From Eledone cirrhosa (taxonomy: Eukaryota): 64,000 nt of DNA. Location: positions 289,168,001 through 289,232,000 of the forward strand of contig OZ024740.1 of the NCBI GenBank assembly GCA_964016885.1, read 5' to 3'. Below, piece by piece: positions 28,501-44,103 of this stretch. The translations under genes and the position numbers were made by a program. How positions within the stretch are numbered: position 1 is the first letter of the stretch; the number at the start of each line of letters is the position of its first letter. The notes under the pieces are model-generated. The model was not told the DNA's origin, made no database searches, and saw only the letters and a program-made list of their open reading frames with translations.

Positions 28501-29322
28501 TCACCATTTTTCTTTTTTAAAAGCAATTAACAACACAGATCTTACATTTCGTCTATAATAAAAAAGAACAAAACAAAAAAAAGCTTCCCTAAAAGGCTAC
28601 ATATAATATATATATATATTACAGTGAGAGAGCCTGAGTAATGGTGAGATATTGGAAGGAAGATGCAAGACGATAGCGAAATGTATGGAAATGGAGGAAA
28701 GCAGAAAGAGTCCAAATATATATATGCATATATATAAAGGATTTTATTTAACTGGCCGTTCATTGAAATAAAAGAATTTTGGTCAAATTATTATTGTTCA
28801 TATTTTCACATATAATTTTAAAATACAAATAACAGATGTTATTCACCACAAAAATCTAATAATAGCCCAATGATTAACTCTTAAAATAGACGTTCGTTAT
28901 ATATATATATATTATATATATATATACGTATGTAAGCATGTAATATGGATGATTATACATATTCTACAAGGGAAAATGTGACAGTGACTTCGAAGCTTCG
29001 CTTGTGTTCAGCACCATCTGACACAAACACACAGATTATATATGTATATACATATATATATATAAACTGTAACATGTATGAGTTTATATATGGGTATATA
29101 ACAGTTATTACAGCTTACTGATACTTTACATATATTAGTAAGCTGTAATACGCAATGGTACACTATATATATTTTAACTAGATTTTGTTAAAATAGGAAA
29201 AATATATAATATACTAATTTTGCAATTTTCCTACATAATATATATATATTGAAGATAAAAAAATTTGCTCCGGTATGTAAGTAAAATTGGACACCATATT
29301 TTAAATAGCTTCTGAACGTACG

Positions 29323-29391
<69 letters not shown>

Positions 29392-29598
29392 CGTACTGAG
29401 CTGGTAAAATATTAAAATATTCAATCGTACATTTATCACACAAAATACCTGACACCCACACATCTTATACAGATTTACTCATATATATATATATTAAACA
29501 TTATAAGCTATAGATGTGGTTCAAGCCTAATAAGTGGGTCTCATTATCCTTTTTGTTTTGTCACAAAAATGCTTATTGACGGTTTAGATATTAATAAT

Positions 29599-29639
<41 letters not shown>

Positions 29640-29644
<5 letters not shown>

Positions 29645-30152
29645 CCTGGTGCAGTAATGCGCCAGCTTCAGCATTCGGTAATCAGAAGGGAGGTAGGTGT
29701 AAAAGCCAAACTCGCTATCTATTTGGTATTCATGCCAACCCTTACCTATGGCCATGAATCTTGGGAAATGACCGAAAGAATACAATCGCGAATACAAGTG
29801 GCCAAAGGGTCTTTGGAGTAATTTTACTCGACAGAATGCGTAGCTCGGAGATCAGTCACTCCAGGTAGAGCCGCTACTTCTCTGGATTGAGATCACAGCT
29901 CCAATACTATGGGCATGTGGTGAGAATGTCTCAGGAACGAATCGCTGGACAGATTTTACAGGCAAAACCAACCGACAGGAGACCCAGAGGAAGACCCCGA
30001 GCAAGATGGTTGGATAACATCCATGAGCTTGGCTGGTTTCACTTGAGGATCCAGCAGGATCAGTTGGAAGCAGTTGCTTCTGACAGGACCCGCTGGAAGG
30101 AGTATTTCAGGACTCTGCCCCACGATCCTCTAAGTAATAAGTGAGCGAAGAA
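29640..30152 (+). mobile_element. RTE-clade LINE 3' fragment, between the candidate calmodulin first exons
   Basis: RSQLQYYGHVVRM...RPRGRPRARWLDNI, the typical RTE C-terminus. Confidence 0.82.
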
Positions 30153-30472
30153 GGTCCTGGTATTAAGTTGGAAAGACTAAAAATATAGAACCGAAATCCC
30201 ATCTCTTACTACCCATTTTCCCCATTGAAACAAGAATATTAAACACGTTTATAAGCACAAGACATACGATAATTTGCCAACGTCATGTATGTAGAATTGT
30301 CTGAATGAAACCTATTTTTTTTCATCCATCACACGGTAATGAGTATGGGGGGGGGAGCAACAAGATGTCAGCAGACGATAACGTATATTATGTGTGTGTC
30401 AACTTGTATAAAATACTTATTTACACAGAAAAAAATGATTAAAATGATGAAAATAATCAAGTGTCAACTTAC

Positions 30473-30620
30473 CATAGTGTTAATTATCAATGAAAAAAAA
30501 AAGGGGTATTTTTGTAATAATAATAATAAGCCGGGTGTGAGGTGAGCAGTGGCTGGCTTCTTTTACTGTTGTAATGTAATATAAGAGTTAAGACAGCCGC
30601 CGTCCCTTAAAGTGAACTGT
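30473..30620 (-). other. CaM: Candidate distal alternative ATG-only first exon of calmodulin
   Basis: aacactATG|gtaagtt with a perfect donor consensus at 30475-30467; 5' boundary is not determinable. Confidence 0.55.
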
Positions 30621-33004
30621 GTTAGAGAGAGTGAGAGTGTGCGAGAGAGATACAATACAGATACACTGAGAAGTGAGAGAGATATGCTAGTACAGAAAGA
30701 GAGGATGTGTATGAGTAATGAAAGGAGGAGTATATTTGAAGAGAGAGGGATGCAGATGATAGCTATAGTGAATAAGAGAGTGTTTAAGTATAAATCAGAG
30801 AGAGTAAGAGAGAGAGTGTGTATCTGTTAACATAGATAGTTGCAATGGGGAGTGGGGAAAGCTATAGTATAAGAGGGAGTTTGATAGATAAATAGCAGCA
30901 GAGTTGGAGTAGAAGATATAGCAAGGGGAGGAGGTTAGAGTTATACTGGAGGGATAATAGGAGTAATAAAGAGAGTTGAAGAAAGATAGATAGAATATAA
31001 TAAAGAGAGGAAAAATGGGTGTGCAAACTTTATTAAAAAAGAGGCTTAGTACGACTAGTATTAGTAGTTGTCTACTATTTCTTTCTCTCTCTCTCTATCT
31101 GTAGTCGGTTTTACACTGGTTTGCCGTACTATAGTTTAATAGAGGGGGTGTCATTTATTACAAAAAAAGATAGAACTAATAATATAGAGTTCGTAGAGGA
31201 ATCTGGACTGTTGAATTTACAAGATGGCGATGGCGGCGTCGTGGATGGTGACAAAATGGCGGCGGTGACTGCTGCTGCTTACAGTTTCTTGTTGCTGCTG
31301 CTGTGTTGCTACTTACTGTTGCTCTACTGTTGCTGCTGCTCGTGTTGGTACTGCGACGGTTGCTGCTGTTATTGTTAGTGCAACGCCGCAGTAAAACTCA
31401 CACATGTATATACTCTCATAGGTAAACGCGCATACACATACACATTAAACAGACGCACTCATACATACTTTTCCTAGTGTGACAATGAGTTGTGGAGGAC
31501 AGCTAGAAGGTATGTCACATTAGTAAAACAGACACACACACACACATATATATATATATTCACCTCTTACTACTACTCTTTATTCTATCTAAGAGATTGA
31601 GGAAGGGGATTGTCTCTGAAGGACACGAAATAGAGATAGAAACAGAGAGAGAAAGAGAAATGGAGACGCAAAGAAATAAGGAATTAAATTAAAAAGGGTA
31701 AGAAAATAACAGTAGAAGGAGGATGACAAAGATAGCGAAAAGAATGTGAAGGTAAACGATTAAGATAAATACAGAAAAGAAGAAGAGAGAAATATAGATT
31801 GAATCAAGAGAGAAAATATATAAATCGATATAAAGAGGCAAAAAGAGAGAGAGTATAAAATAAAGTAAAACGATAAGAGAAAATGTGAGAAAGTAGACAG
31901 AGAATATAATAAAAGTAAAAGAGATGGGTAACGAGGGAGAGACAGTAGATGAAGCACGCGCGTGTATGTGAGTGAGAGAAATAGAGAGATACAGAAAATT
32001 AGAAGGGTAGAGAGAGTGTTAGAAATATATATATATATACGGATATATCTATATAGATATAAAGACAGAAGAGGAAGAAAGAGTGGGAGGAAGAAAGTCA
32101 AAAGATTTTTGAAAAAGATGGGGGAGTGTGTCGGAGTGAAGCTATCAATAAAGGGAGTGTCTAGCTTTTATAAGGCACACTGTCTTTATCACTATATGTA
32201 TTATGTATGTATGTTCGTTTTACATGTTATCCATGTATGTTTTGTAGGGTTTTGTATAAGTGTGAGTTAATTTGTGCGTGAGCGCGCGCACACACACATA
32301 CATATATAGGTCCGTGTATGTGTCGTTTTCTATACGTATTTATGTGAACACTAAGGGGTCTAATGTACGTATTGGATACGATAATATATACTTATGTCTG
32401 TATATTTATATATATATACAGATTTTGCCGGTATATAACATTTCAACATGTGTCCACACATGTTATATGCATAAGCACACATACGTTATAATTATATTTA
32501 TGCAAGCTGGCCGATGCATACAACACACGCAATATATATATATATACATAAACAGACATTGTCAAAGCTTCCCATTACAAATACATATACAATTCTGCAC
32601 ACACACACATACACATATATATGAATATACACTGCCGCAATATAATACACGTATGCTCAAATGTATTGGGTGCTTATTACTGATGCAGGTGATATTCATC
32701 CGCGCTATGATTCTCTCCCTCAATTATCGATATCTCATTCCTTGTCTCTTTCTTTCACTCTCTCCCTCTCTTTATCTATATATATGTATATAAAAATAAA
32801 TAAACATATATATATATATATATATATTACCCTCTCTGTATTATTTATCTACCTCACTCTCAATACCTTCCCTCCATTTTACCCCCCCCCCCGTCATGTA
32901 AAAGATTTATTAAAATACTGCTGCCATATAGAAAGACAAGACAAAAAATCGAATTACAGGAAATTAGAGTAGATTTATGAAAAAAAAACAAAACCGCATA
33001 CCCA

Positions 33005-33160
<156 letters not shown>

Positions 33161-33536
33161 ATGTATGTATGTGTGTTATTTAAATTTACTTTTGTGATCG
33201 GAAGCTTGCTCTATATCACTTTCTTAGGTTTCAACTGAACAGAAGCCATTAAGAATCAGTAAATAACGAATTTACAGGTTTTTATTTCATACTGAAAAAA
33301 GAACACACCCCCACTCATTACCTCTCAATTTAATCGAACATTAATAATAATGGTCGTAACTGATAATAATAATAATAACAATCATGATAGGAATGGTGTT
33401 GATCATCATCATGATTATAATCAACAATTAATAGATCACCATTATCAGCATCATCGTATGCAACACAAATAACGTCATTTGTTAGACGGCAAAGCGGACT
33501 ATTTTATGTTCCATTAATATATATGTATATATACAT

Positions 33537-33567
<31 letters not shown>

Positions 33568-34828
33568 AATTCTCTCACTTTTTAATCTTTGATTTTTCTT
33601 CATGTTTTTCTTTTTTAAACATTATCACCCTTATAGATCCTTAATCTATCTTTTTTTGCCTCACTAACTCTCTTTATCCATCTCTTTTTTTCTCTCTCTA
33701 ATTCTATTTACGCGCGTCAACGTTAGATGATGAAGAGAAAGAAAAAATAAGAGTAAAGAGGAGAATTTAAAAAAAAATGAATATGCATATATGTAAGTAT
33801 GTATGTATATAAATATGCATACGTATGTGTGAGTGTACAAAACAAGGTGTGCTGCGGTGCGTCTGCTCAGTGTTAGGGCGCCAACATTTATAACTGAAAC
33901 CATAGCAACGACGTTTTTCATTGGTCAGTTCACACCTGCAATGCGACAGCAGTCGTCATTGCAGCTACAACAGTAGAATTTCTACTGCTACAATGATGGC
34001 GGCATGTGAGTGTCTGTGCGTATGAATGTTCGCTATATAAATCTGTATGTGGAAATGAGTGTGTGTTCATGTATGAATGCATGTGTGAATCCGCGTATAA
34101 TAGGGCGGTGTATGTGATTTTATGTGTGTCTCTGTGTGTACCACTATAAATATACATACATATCTATGTTATGTAGCATACACTTATCTATAAAATATAT
34201 AGTTGCCTCACTTTCTCTATATACCATATTCTATGTTATATCGCTAGAAATGCTCGAACTCTATTCTCCGTTCTTTTTCACACACATGTGTATGGGTATA
34301 TATATATATATATGTATGTATATATACACACACACACACATTGGAGCGCTTGCCAGCATGACTCTGAATTTGCGTTACGTTTCTCTTTTTCTACCCGCCG
34401 AAATGCGATTCTCGCTGAATTTATATTTATATAATTATATATATATATATGTATTATATATCTATATCTATCTATATATATATATATATTATCTATTTAT
34501 CTATATATAATGTATATTATTTTAAATATGTGTATATATATATATATATATTCATATATATTTGTCTACATGCGTAATACATCCACGTGTGTAGCGGCGT
34601 AGGTATAAAAATAAGGCGGCTACTTCATGTTGCAAAGCTGAGTATGGCTGCCGAACACATTATATATACCAAATGACAGCAACCAGTGACTTACACTTAT
34701 TTGAATGACTCTTTCAATCGGATGGATGGACGAAAAGTCCAAAAGTAGAAACAATTATTTCTCTTAATTTTATCGCCACGTTCCTTATGGTGACGACAGT
34801 CTTTTGTAAATGCGTGTGTGTATGTACG

Positions 34829-34867
<39 letters not shown>

Positions 34868-35275
34868 GTATGTATGTCGCGTGCACACACACACACACAC
34901 ACGTATGTATATATACACTCATGCTACACATATCTAATATCTCATTGTAATTTCTTTGTTTATTGTCTTCTTCATTTTATTGCCGAAATATGAACTTTAA
35001 GCTACATGGAGTTAATTTTTAGTTAACTGACTTTAAAGCTTCGCCGGTGTTGGTTTATATATATATGTGTATATATATTATAGAGAGTGAGTCAGTGGCG
35101 TGGAGACGTCGCGGTCGGGTGCATACCCTCCCTCCCCATGTATATATATGTATATACATATATATATATATATATATACATATATGTATATACATATATA
35201 TATATATACACATATATGTATATACATGTATATATATATATAAATGTGTATACACACACACATACACATACACAC

Positions 35276-35307
<32 letters not shown>

Positions 35308-35739
35308 TGATTAACTTTCGTCAAATCGGACCGAGGAAACAATGTTTCCATTGGTCTTTCCAATTGCTAAGACTATCCATCGGTCGCAACTCTAGGTAGA
35401 AAGAGCAACATGAAATAAAATGCCTTGCTCCAGGAATTGAACTCACAACCTCACGATTGCGAATCCAATTCTCTAACAACTCAGCCACACGCCTTCTACA
35501 CTTATGTATCTAATTATGCGTGTATTTTATATTTCTATATGCAGATACGCATACGTGTCTATGTATATAACTCTATATGTGTAAATATTATGAACAATAG
35601 ATATGTATGCCATTGTTTATTACGATATCTCTTTCTCATTTATACACCACCGCATACATACATACATACATACATACATACATACATACATACATACATA
35701 CATACATACATACATACACATATATATATACATATATAC

Positions 35740-35989
35740 AATATATTAATAAATGGAAACTATATTTATAAAACCATATTTATTTTATTATATATATTTC
35801 AAGGGCAACCAAGGCAAATTATGGTGCGCTTTCATCAGATAAAATACAGATTTGTTTTATAAATAAATATTGATATACCCGGAAAAAAGACAACCTTAAC
35901 GGCTAGAGCTTTTGCCTTGGTTGCCCTTGAAATATATATAATAAAATAAATATGGTTTTATAAATATAGTTTCCATTTATTAATATATT
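35740..35989. repeat. Perfect inverted repeat, 79-bp arms, 92-bp spacer
   Basis: 35740-35818 is the reverse complement of 35911-35989. Confidence 0.92.
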
Positions 35990-36406
35990 CTGTATTTACT
36001 CCACTAAGTTGTTGAGTGCTTTATATCAGTTATAAATTTTTTTAGGCTTGTTGAATCCCAACAAATTAAATATAACCTCTGCATATATGCATATATATGT
36101 ACATACGTGCATATGTGTCCACATACATATTTATACGTTTACTTATATTACATGTATATATCTGTGTATATTCATTTCGTAAGTATGTATATCATTATAT
36201 ATCTGATGATGTCATTTGCTGCAGACAGATCACATACACGTTTAGATAATGTGAATTGTATTGTATACACATATATAAACATACATTATTGTTGCATACA
36301 TTATATACACGTGTATATATATATATTTGTATACCCACATAATCTGCGCATATATGTATTTATGAATTCATGCTGCAAGTATATACGTACGAATGCATGT
36401 ATACAC

Positions 36407-36440
<34 letters not shown>

Positions 36441-36524
36441 AGAGGTAAACAGAAATAACAACACAATCGGTACAGTATATGGAAGGTATATATTAGGTTA
36501 AGGCTTGATATAGCAGGAAGAGGG

Positions 36525-36560
36525 TCTTAACATTTCGGACGCTAGTCCTTCATCAGAAGA
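36525..36560 (-). ncRNA. Minimal type I hammerhead ribozyme motif, copy of 1740-1775
   Basis: Exact reverse complement of tcttctgatgaaggactagcgtccgaaatgttaaga. Confidence 0.7.
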
Positions 36561-36650
36561 AAGAATGAGAAATAAAATAGATTGAGGGGACGGGCGGGAT
36601 GGAATTGGAAAAAAATGTCTTTAGATAAAAATAACAGGTCCATTCATGTT

Positions 36651-36711
<61 letters not shown>

Positions 36712-36728
36712 ATATGTGTATATATATA

Positions 36729-36870
<142 letters not shown>

Positions 36871-37394
36871 TTAGTTAAGCAAAACAAGACCACACATTTC
36901 ACAAGGAAGACATTATTAAAAGATTGTCAACATATTTTAGTTTGATGTATGGAATGTAGAGAATAATAATAATAATATTAATAATAATAATGTCCGTTTA
37001 CAATTGTTTCGCTACTCCATATAATATTTCTGGATCAGATGACTATATATCATTATTGATCTGTTCAGTTGAAAATAATTAACATATTTAAAAACAGAGC
37101 GGCTCATCGGAACTTCAAAGGAATATAAATTAAAATAAGGAGAGAATGTTACATAATGTAGTGTTCCATATATTGGTGCGCACCTAACTTCTGCATGAAC
37201 CCAGCCACCTAGCTGCTTTCTACTGCATATTGCACATTGAGCACATGCCTTTACGCTTTGGCTTCTAACTAATTCACCAATCTCTCCTCTCCTATCTCCA
37301 TCTCTCTCTTTAAGATTGGTTACTCTTGAACTGTGTATATATATATATATATGCACGTATATACATACATTCATTTGTGTGTGTGTGTATCCCA

Positions 37395-37615
37395 AATTCA
37401 GGGCCTTTTCACTCCTGTTGGTGGAACCGCTTCATATCTCTGGCCATTTTGGGCAGTGTGGGGTCGAGGTATCGGGTCGGAACATCAGAACATCACACAT
37501 TCTGGCCTTTGGCCGCCCTCTGATTCTGATTATCTGCCTTGGTGTCCACTGTGTTACTCTAATAGTCCACCTGTTGTCCCTGAACCGAGAGACGTGGCCA
37601 GTCCACCTATGTTTG
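37395..37615 (-). mobile_element. RTE LINE 3' fragment
   Basis: RKHRWTGHVSR..DNRWT.RVTQWTPR...RGRPK. Confidence 0.7.
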
Positions 37616-38909
37616 CGTGTATATATTTCTTTATTTCTCATTCTATCCTATGATGAAGGACTAATGCGACTACTTATCACATCCTCACACTACGCTCTAT
37701 GGCATTTCCTGTCATATGATTGCTTATGGGTTTTTTTTTTTACTCTGACGCGTATTTTTTAAGGGTAACAGAAGAATCTTTGTCAGACAGGTGGCTTTGT
37801 TAGTTTGAAGCGACTGGCGGTACTTTCGCATTTGGCATGTATGTGCACGTGGTGTTGAACTTGGATGATAACTACACTTATGTGCCAGGAAGATTTTTTG
37901 TTATATTTAAGGATACTTCTATGTGGATAAGGGGATTATACCATGGTGTATTTCTGTTTCAGCCTTGAGGGTTTCATATGTATTCCAGTTTGTCATTGAA
38001 ACCACTTCTTTCTAAGCCCCGATGCTAATGAGGGGCAGCTTTAATTAATTATTTAGTTTTCTGATGATAGATTTAATCTACTAATATTATCCGTGATATG
38101 TGTCAATATTCTGAACAAGAGAGACAGTACCTTCTCTACATGTTTGCAAAGGAAAAATATCCATGTCTCAGACGCATTCGAATTACAAACTGGATAAAAT
38201 CCAAATTTAGATTCAAATTTCAAGAAAAAAAGAAGAAAAAACAGTTATCATCTTTTAAGTAAGTCTAAGAGTGATTTCTTCAAGCAATTATTAACACCAT
38301 ATGTTTGAGGACGTCTCCCGTAGTGAGGAATTCTTTTTAACCACTGTACCGAAATCATAAGACCTGGGATAACCAAAGGAAAAGGTGTATAATAGTACCA
38401 TCCTAGATATTTAAAACATTCTCCAAACCTTCACTTTAAAACAACATCGGGTACTTCATAAATAGTATATAACGTGAAATTCAGAGTAGTAGGATCTACC
38501 AGCTGTGTACAATAAATGAATAATATGAATAATTGTACTCTACAACAGGCAGGTCAAACATGCAGCCCTTTAAAAGCAGATCTGCGGTCTGCTCAAAGGT
38601 TTTTACACCGGGATCATGTTTTCTCTTCTTAAAATTAGTTGTAATGCGTACAATTACGTAGTTGTCATGTGTGGCGAAACAAAAGCGCATATATATATAT
38701 ATATATCGACAGTCGATCGACGTTCGTCAAATCGGACCGAGGAAACAATGTTTCCGTTGGTCTTTCCAATTGCTAATACTATCTATCGGTCGCAAATCCA
38801 GGTAGAAGGAGAAACGTGAAATAAAGTGTCTTGCTCCAGGAATCGAACTCACAACCTCACGATTGCAAATCCAATTCTCTAACCACTCAGCCACGCATGT
38901 GTGTGTATG

Positions 38910-40147
<1,238 letters not shown>

Positions 40148-40234
40148 TATGTGATGTAGCAGACGCGAAAATGAGTACTCAATACCGAAGTAGAGTTTAA
40201 TAGTATTTTTCTTTATGATGGGTAAGTAATATGT

Positions 40235-40283
40235 CTTGTTTGATGATCCTGTGAGTACACTGGTGAAACTCTAGAGTAACAAG
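40235..40283 (+). ncRNA. Type I hammerhead-like motif with one core change (C3U)
   Basis: cttgt-TTGATGA-t-cctgtg-agta-cactgg-t-GAAA-CTCT-AGAG-T-A-acaag; palindromic stem III, 5-bp stem I. Confidence 0.6.
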
Positions 40284-41295
40284 TTTCATCACACCCACAA
40301 TAAAGAATATCACACACACACACACATACACACGCACACACACCCACACCCACATATTATCCATCCATACTTATATAAACTAATATCTTCTTCTTCTTCT
40401 TCTTCTTCTTCTTCTTCTTCTTCTTCTTCTTCTTCTTCTTCTTCCCCAGACTCGCAATCCAGAGTGTCCTGTCAGAAGCAGCCGTCTACAATCGATCTGA
40501 CTGGATCCTCAACCGAGACCAATCGAGCTCACTTTTGTTATCCAATCATCCTCTAAGTCTCCTGTCGGTTGGCTTTGTTCGTAAAATCTGTCCAGTGATA
40601 TTTTTCTTTAGACATTGTAACCAAATAATATCTCAATTTGGAGAAGTAGCGGCTCTAGATAGGAATTTCAGTATTAATAAAGTCAAGACAAGTTGATTCC
40701 TCTCGACAGGGATGATGAGGTAGTATTGATGAGGCCATAGCGAGTGGCAAGCTTGCAGCCATCAACTTACTAGAAGATATCAACTCCCTGACTTATAACG
40801 TCAAGAGGAATCACTCCATTAATTTGCTTTAGAAGTGCTAAAGGAAAGTACGAAAAATAAGCCATTGGTCACCAATGAAACCTTGGACCTATGGGTTTCA
40901 AGACGAGATCTGAAGAAGATCAAATTAGCACACCGTGAAGCAACTCAGTCATACAGCGCTACGAATAACAAGATCAGAAAGAAAATGAAGGAAACCAATG
41001 AAGTAAATAATAGACTAGTTTGATAACAATTATGCAGACAATGAGAAACCGCCCTTTGCTGCAGTGAAAAAGCGAAAGCTCGTTTAATAAGGACACGTAT
41101 CCTGCCATGACCACCTGTACTAATGCAATCTCGAAGTCACAGTTGAAGGAAGTCAAAAAAGAGGCAGATAAAAACTTCTGCCTACCTACTCACCTAATTA
41201 CTACATACTATGAACATACACGTAGTCACATGCACTAGCTCACAGAAATTTCCCTTGTCAATCTCCCTTTAAAAAAAAATCAGTTTTCTTAACAC

Positions 41296-41490
41296 CAGAC
41301 CTGCCAACCTCTAAAACTCCAAATGGGGAGTACCATGAAAAAAAGTGCCCCAAAACGGGGAGAAATGAGGTAAAATGGGCAGATTTTACATAATGAAAGC
41401 TCTACCCATTTTCACAAGAGAAGGCGTCTCTCCCTCACCCCAAAGTGGATGGGTGATCTCCCCGTTGGACTGGGAGAGTTGACAGGTCTG
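41296..41490. mobile_element. MITE with TIRs CAGACCTGCCAAC / GTTGACAGGTCTG
   Basis: Terminal inverted repeats with the flanking direct repeat TAACAC on both sides. Confidence 0.75.
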
Positions 41491-41698
41491 TAACACCCTC
41501 ACTTCCGGTCATTTTCAACATGGCGTTACCTGTACCCAACACGAGCTTCTCCATATCGTGTCATTTTTACTAATTTTTCTATTCCTATTTGTCATTCTAT
41601 CGTTACGATTTTATACTCGAAACATCAAAGAATTTTCTATTTCTAGAGCGTCAATCTTACAACTACACTTGTTTACCTCGTTCCTCATTGTTAATTCC

Positions 41699-41785
<87 letters not shown>

Positions 41786-42964
41786 CTCTCAAAACATATC
41801 CTTCCGCTTAAAAAAAAAAAAGAAAGGCATATTGGACAATGTAAATTTTAGACATACAAAAAGACTGGATGGGGACGGATGGATCGTCTTTGATAATAGT
41901 TTTACTTTATCAAGGCTAGACAATAATAGCAAAATTAGAGTTCTATTTGCAGCACGAAATGTCTATAGGCAAGCCTTACATTAAAGTTCTATTTACAAGC
42001 TGGTGACCAGATGTATGAAAATGTCGTCTGGTAGATAAATGCATTTCTTCATATATACACCGTTCCCTCTAATAATTTGGCGCAGCTATAGCTAAGTGGT
42101 TAAAAAATTGACATCACAATCATGAGGTGCCGAGTTCGATTTCATTGCCTGACATCTTGAGCCAATGTCTTTTAGACTCGGGTTGACACAAGCCTGAATA
42201 TGAAGTTGGGTTGAAAGAAACTGTGTGAGTCACGAGCATTATGTTAATGGCGCACGTACCTGTGATACTTATCCATTCACATAATGATTTAGCAACGGAT
42301 GTAAAATAAAGTTAATGGATCTTCCACCGGGTTCGACTTATCGTCGAGTCCGAAGGAGAATCCATTAAGTTTAATTTACTTTAAAAATAAGTACTGGTTC
42401 ACCATCAAATCATATACTCTGTCAGTTGATACCACAATGGCTTGTAATCCAATCATACCTTACATGACATATTTATACAAAATAGACGAAATAAACAAAA
42501 GTGTTGACTGCTTGATAGGCAGACATTGTGTTAAAAGTTCGGTTTAGAAATTGTAAACCAGAGATGACACAGTAAATGTAGTCTGCTTTCACCCCATCTC
42601 TGCTCTACAAAGCTACTAGCTAACCATCAAGCTCCTGTTGTTGTTTATCCCTAGGTAGATCCTGAACAGACCACGACCATGCCATATTTTTACGAGTATA
42701 AATAACTATGTCTATATTTTCCAACGTATTTTTCACTTGCCGAAGATAGTAGAATGCAATTTGAAGGAGATTTGTCTGCTGTTTCTACATTGAACAGTTC
42801 GAACGACAGTATAAAAGCAGCCCAATGATTTCTTTTAAACCTTTTACAAACCCAGAACTAAACAACATCAACACAATAAAATAAGCTTTTCACATTGTAT
42901 ACCACATAAAGAACACAAATGACGTTTGCGAGATACGACAGTTACTAGTTCACTGTGAAATTGC

Positions 42965-43013
<49 letters not shown>

Positions 43014-43957
43014 CTCTCTCTCGCGCGCCCTCTCTCTCTCCTTTCGCCGTGTAAAACAATATTTATTTTCCTTTATAGTCCATCCGTATCAACGTTTAGT
43101 ACATTCACGCCATCTACAGTTTCTGTTTTGAGAATTGTATCGTTCATCAGACAGAGTAAAACACATAGAATCTATCTTTGGCCAATAGTATGATGAGTCT
43201 GTATCATTTATCTATTATTTCTTCATAGTTACCTTTTAAACTTATAGTCTCGTTTAAATGATTATTTATATGGTTGATTTCTGCGGACTAGGGAGAGGAA
43301 AGACTGTGTATATTTTATCTAATAATTCTTCAAACTTACAATTTTATATATAACTCTGATTAATAATTATTTGCTTAATTAAAATTTTTCATTGAGCCAC
43401 ACCGTGAAGGATGGCCACACTCATATATGCATCTGTGACTATGTCTAAATATATACATATATCCCTATGAATTTAATATATATATATATATATATATATA
43501 AATGAAGTATTCCGTCGGAAAGGTACAGGAAAAAAGAGTGCTCTATGTAGGCTACAGAGCTTATGTAATAAACAACATTTACCAGTGGTTTCTTGTTGTA
43601 TCTGTCTTCAGTCATCAGAATGAATAAAAAACATTGTGTTTTTATTAAATATGGATTTGAAAATAAAATTTAGGAAATATGAAAGTGAGGCTGAAAAAAA
43701 CCGGCGAAAAGGAAATAGGGGAAAAAAATATTAATATATATATATATATAAGAATAAAAATATAAATATCCAGAACGTAAACATACACAGAATCAACTAC
43801 GCGCATATACTAAAAAGTATGAAGACGTAAACTCACACAAACGTATTAGCGTCTACAAAGAAATATGGACAGGAACATAAATACATACACATACATATAC
43901 ATATATATACAAAAATACATACACATACATATACACAGATATATACACTCAAATTTG

Positions 43958-44004
<47 letters not shown>

Positions 44005-44020
44005 TACATGTATATATATA

Positions 44021-44103
<83 letters not shown>

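Noticed and set aside
42079-42150. tRNA-like sequence (also at 9621 and 49175)
   Set aside because: A/B boxes are present but there is no complete cloverleaf, and SINE body sequence follows; these are SINE heads
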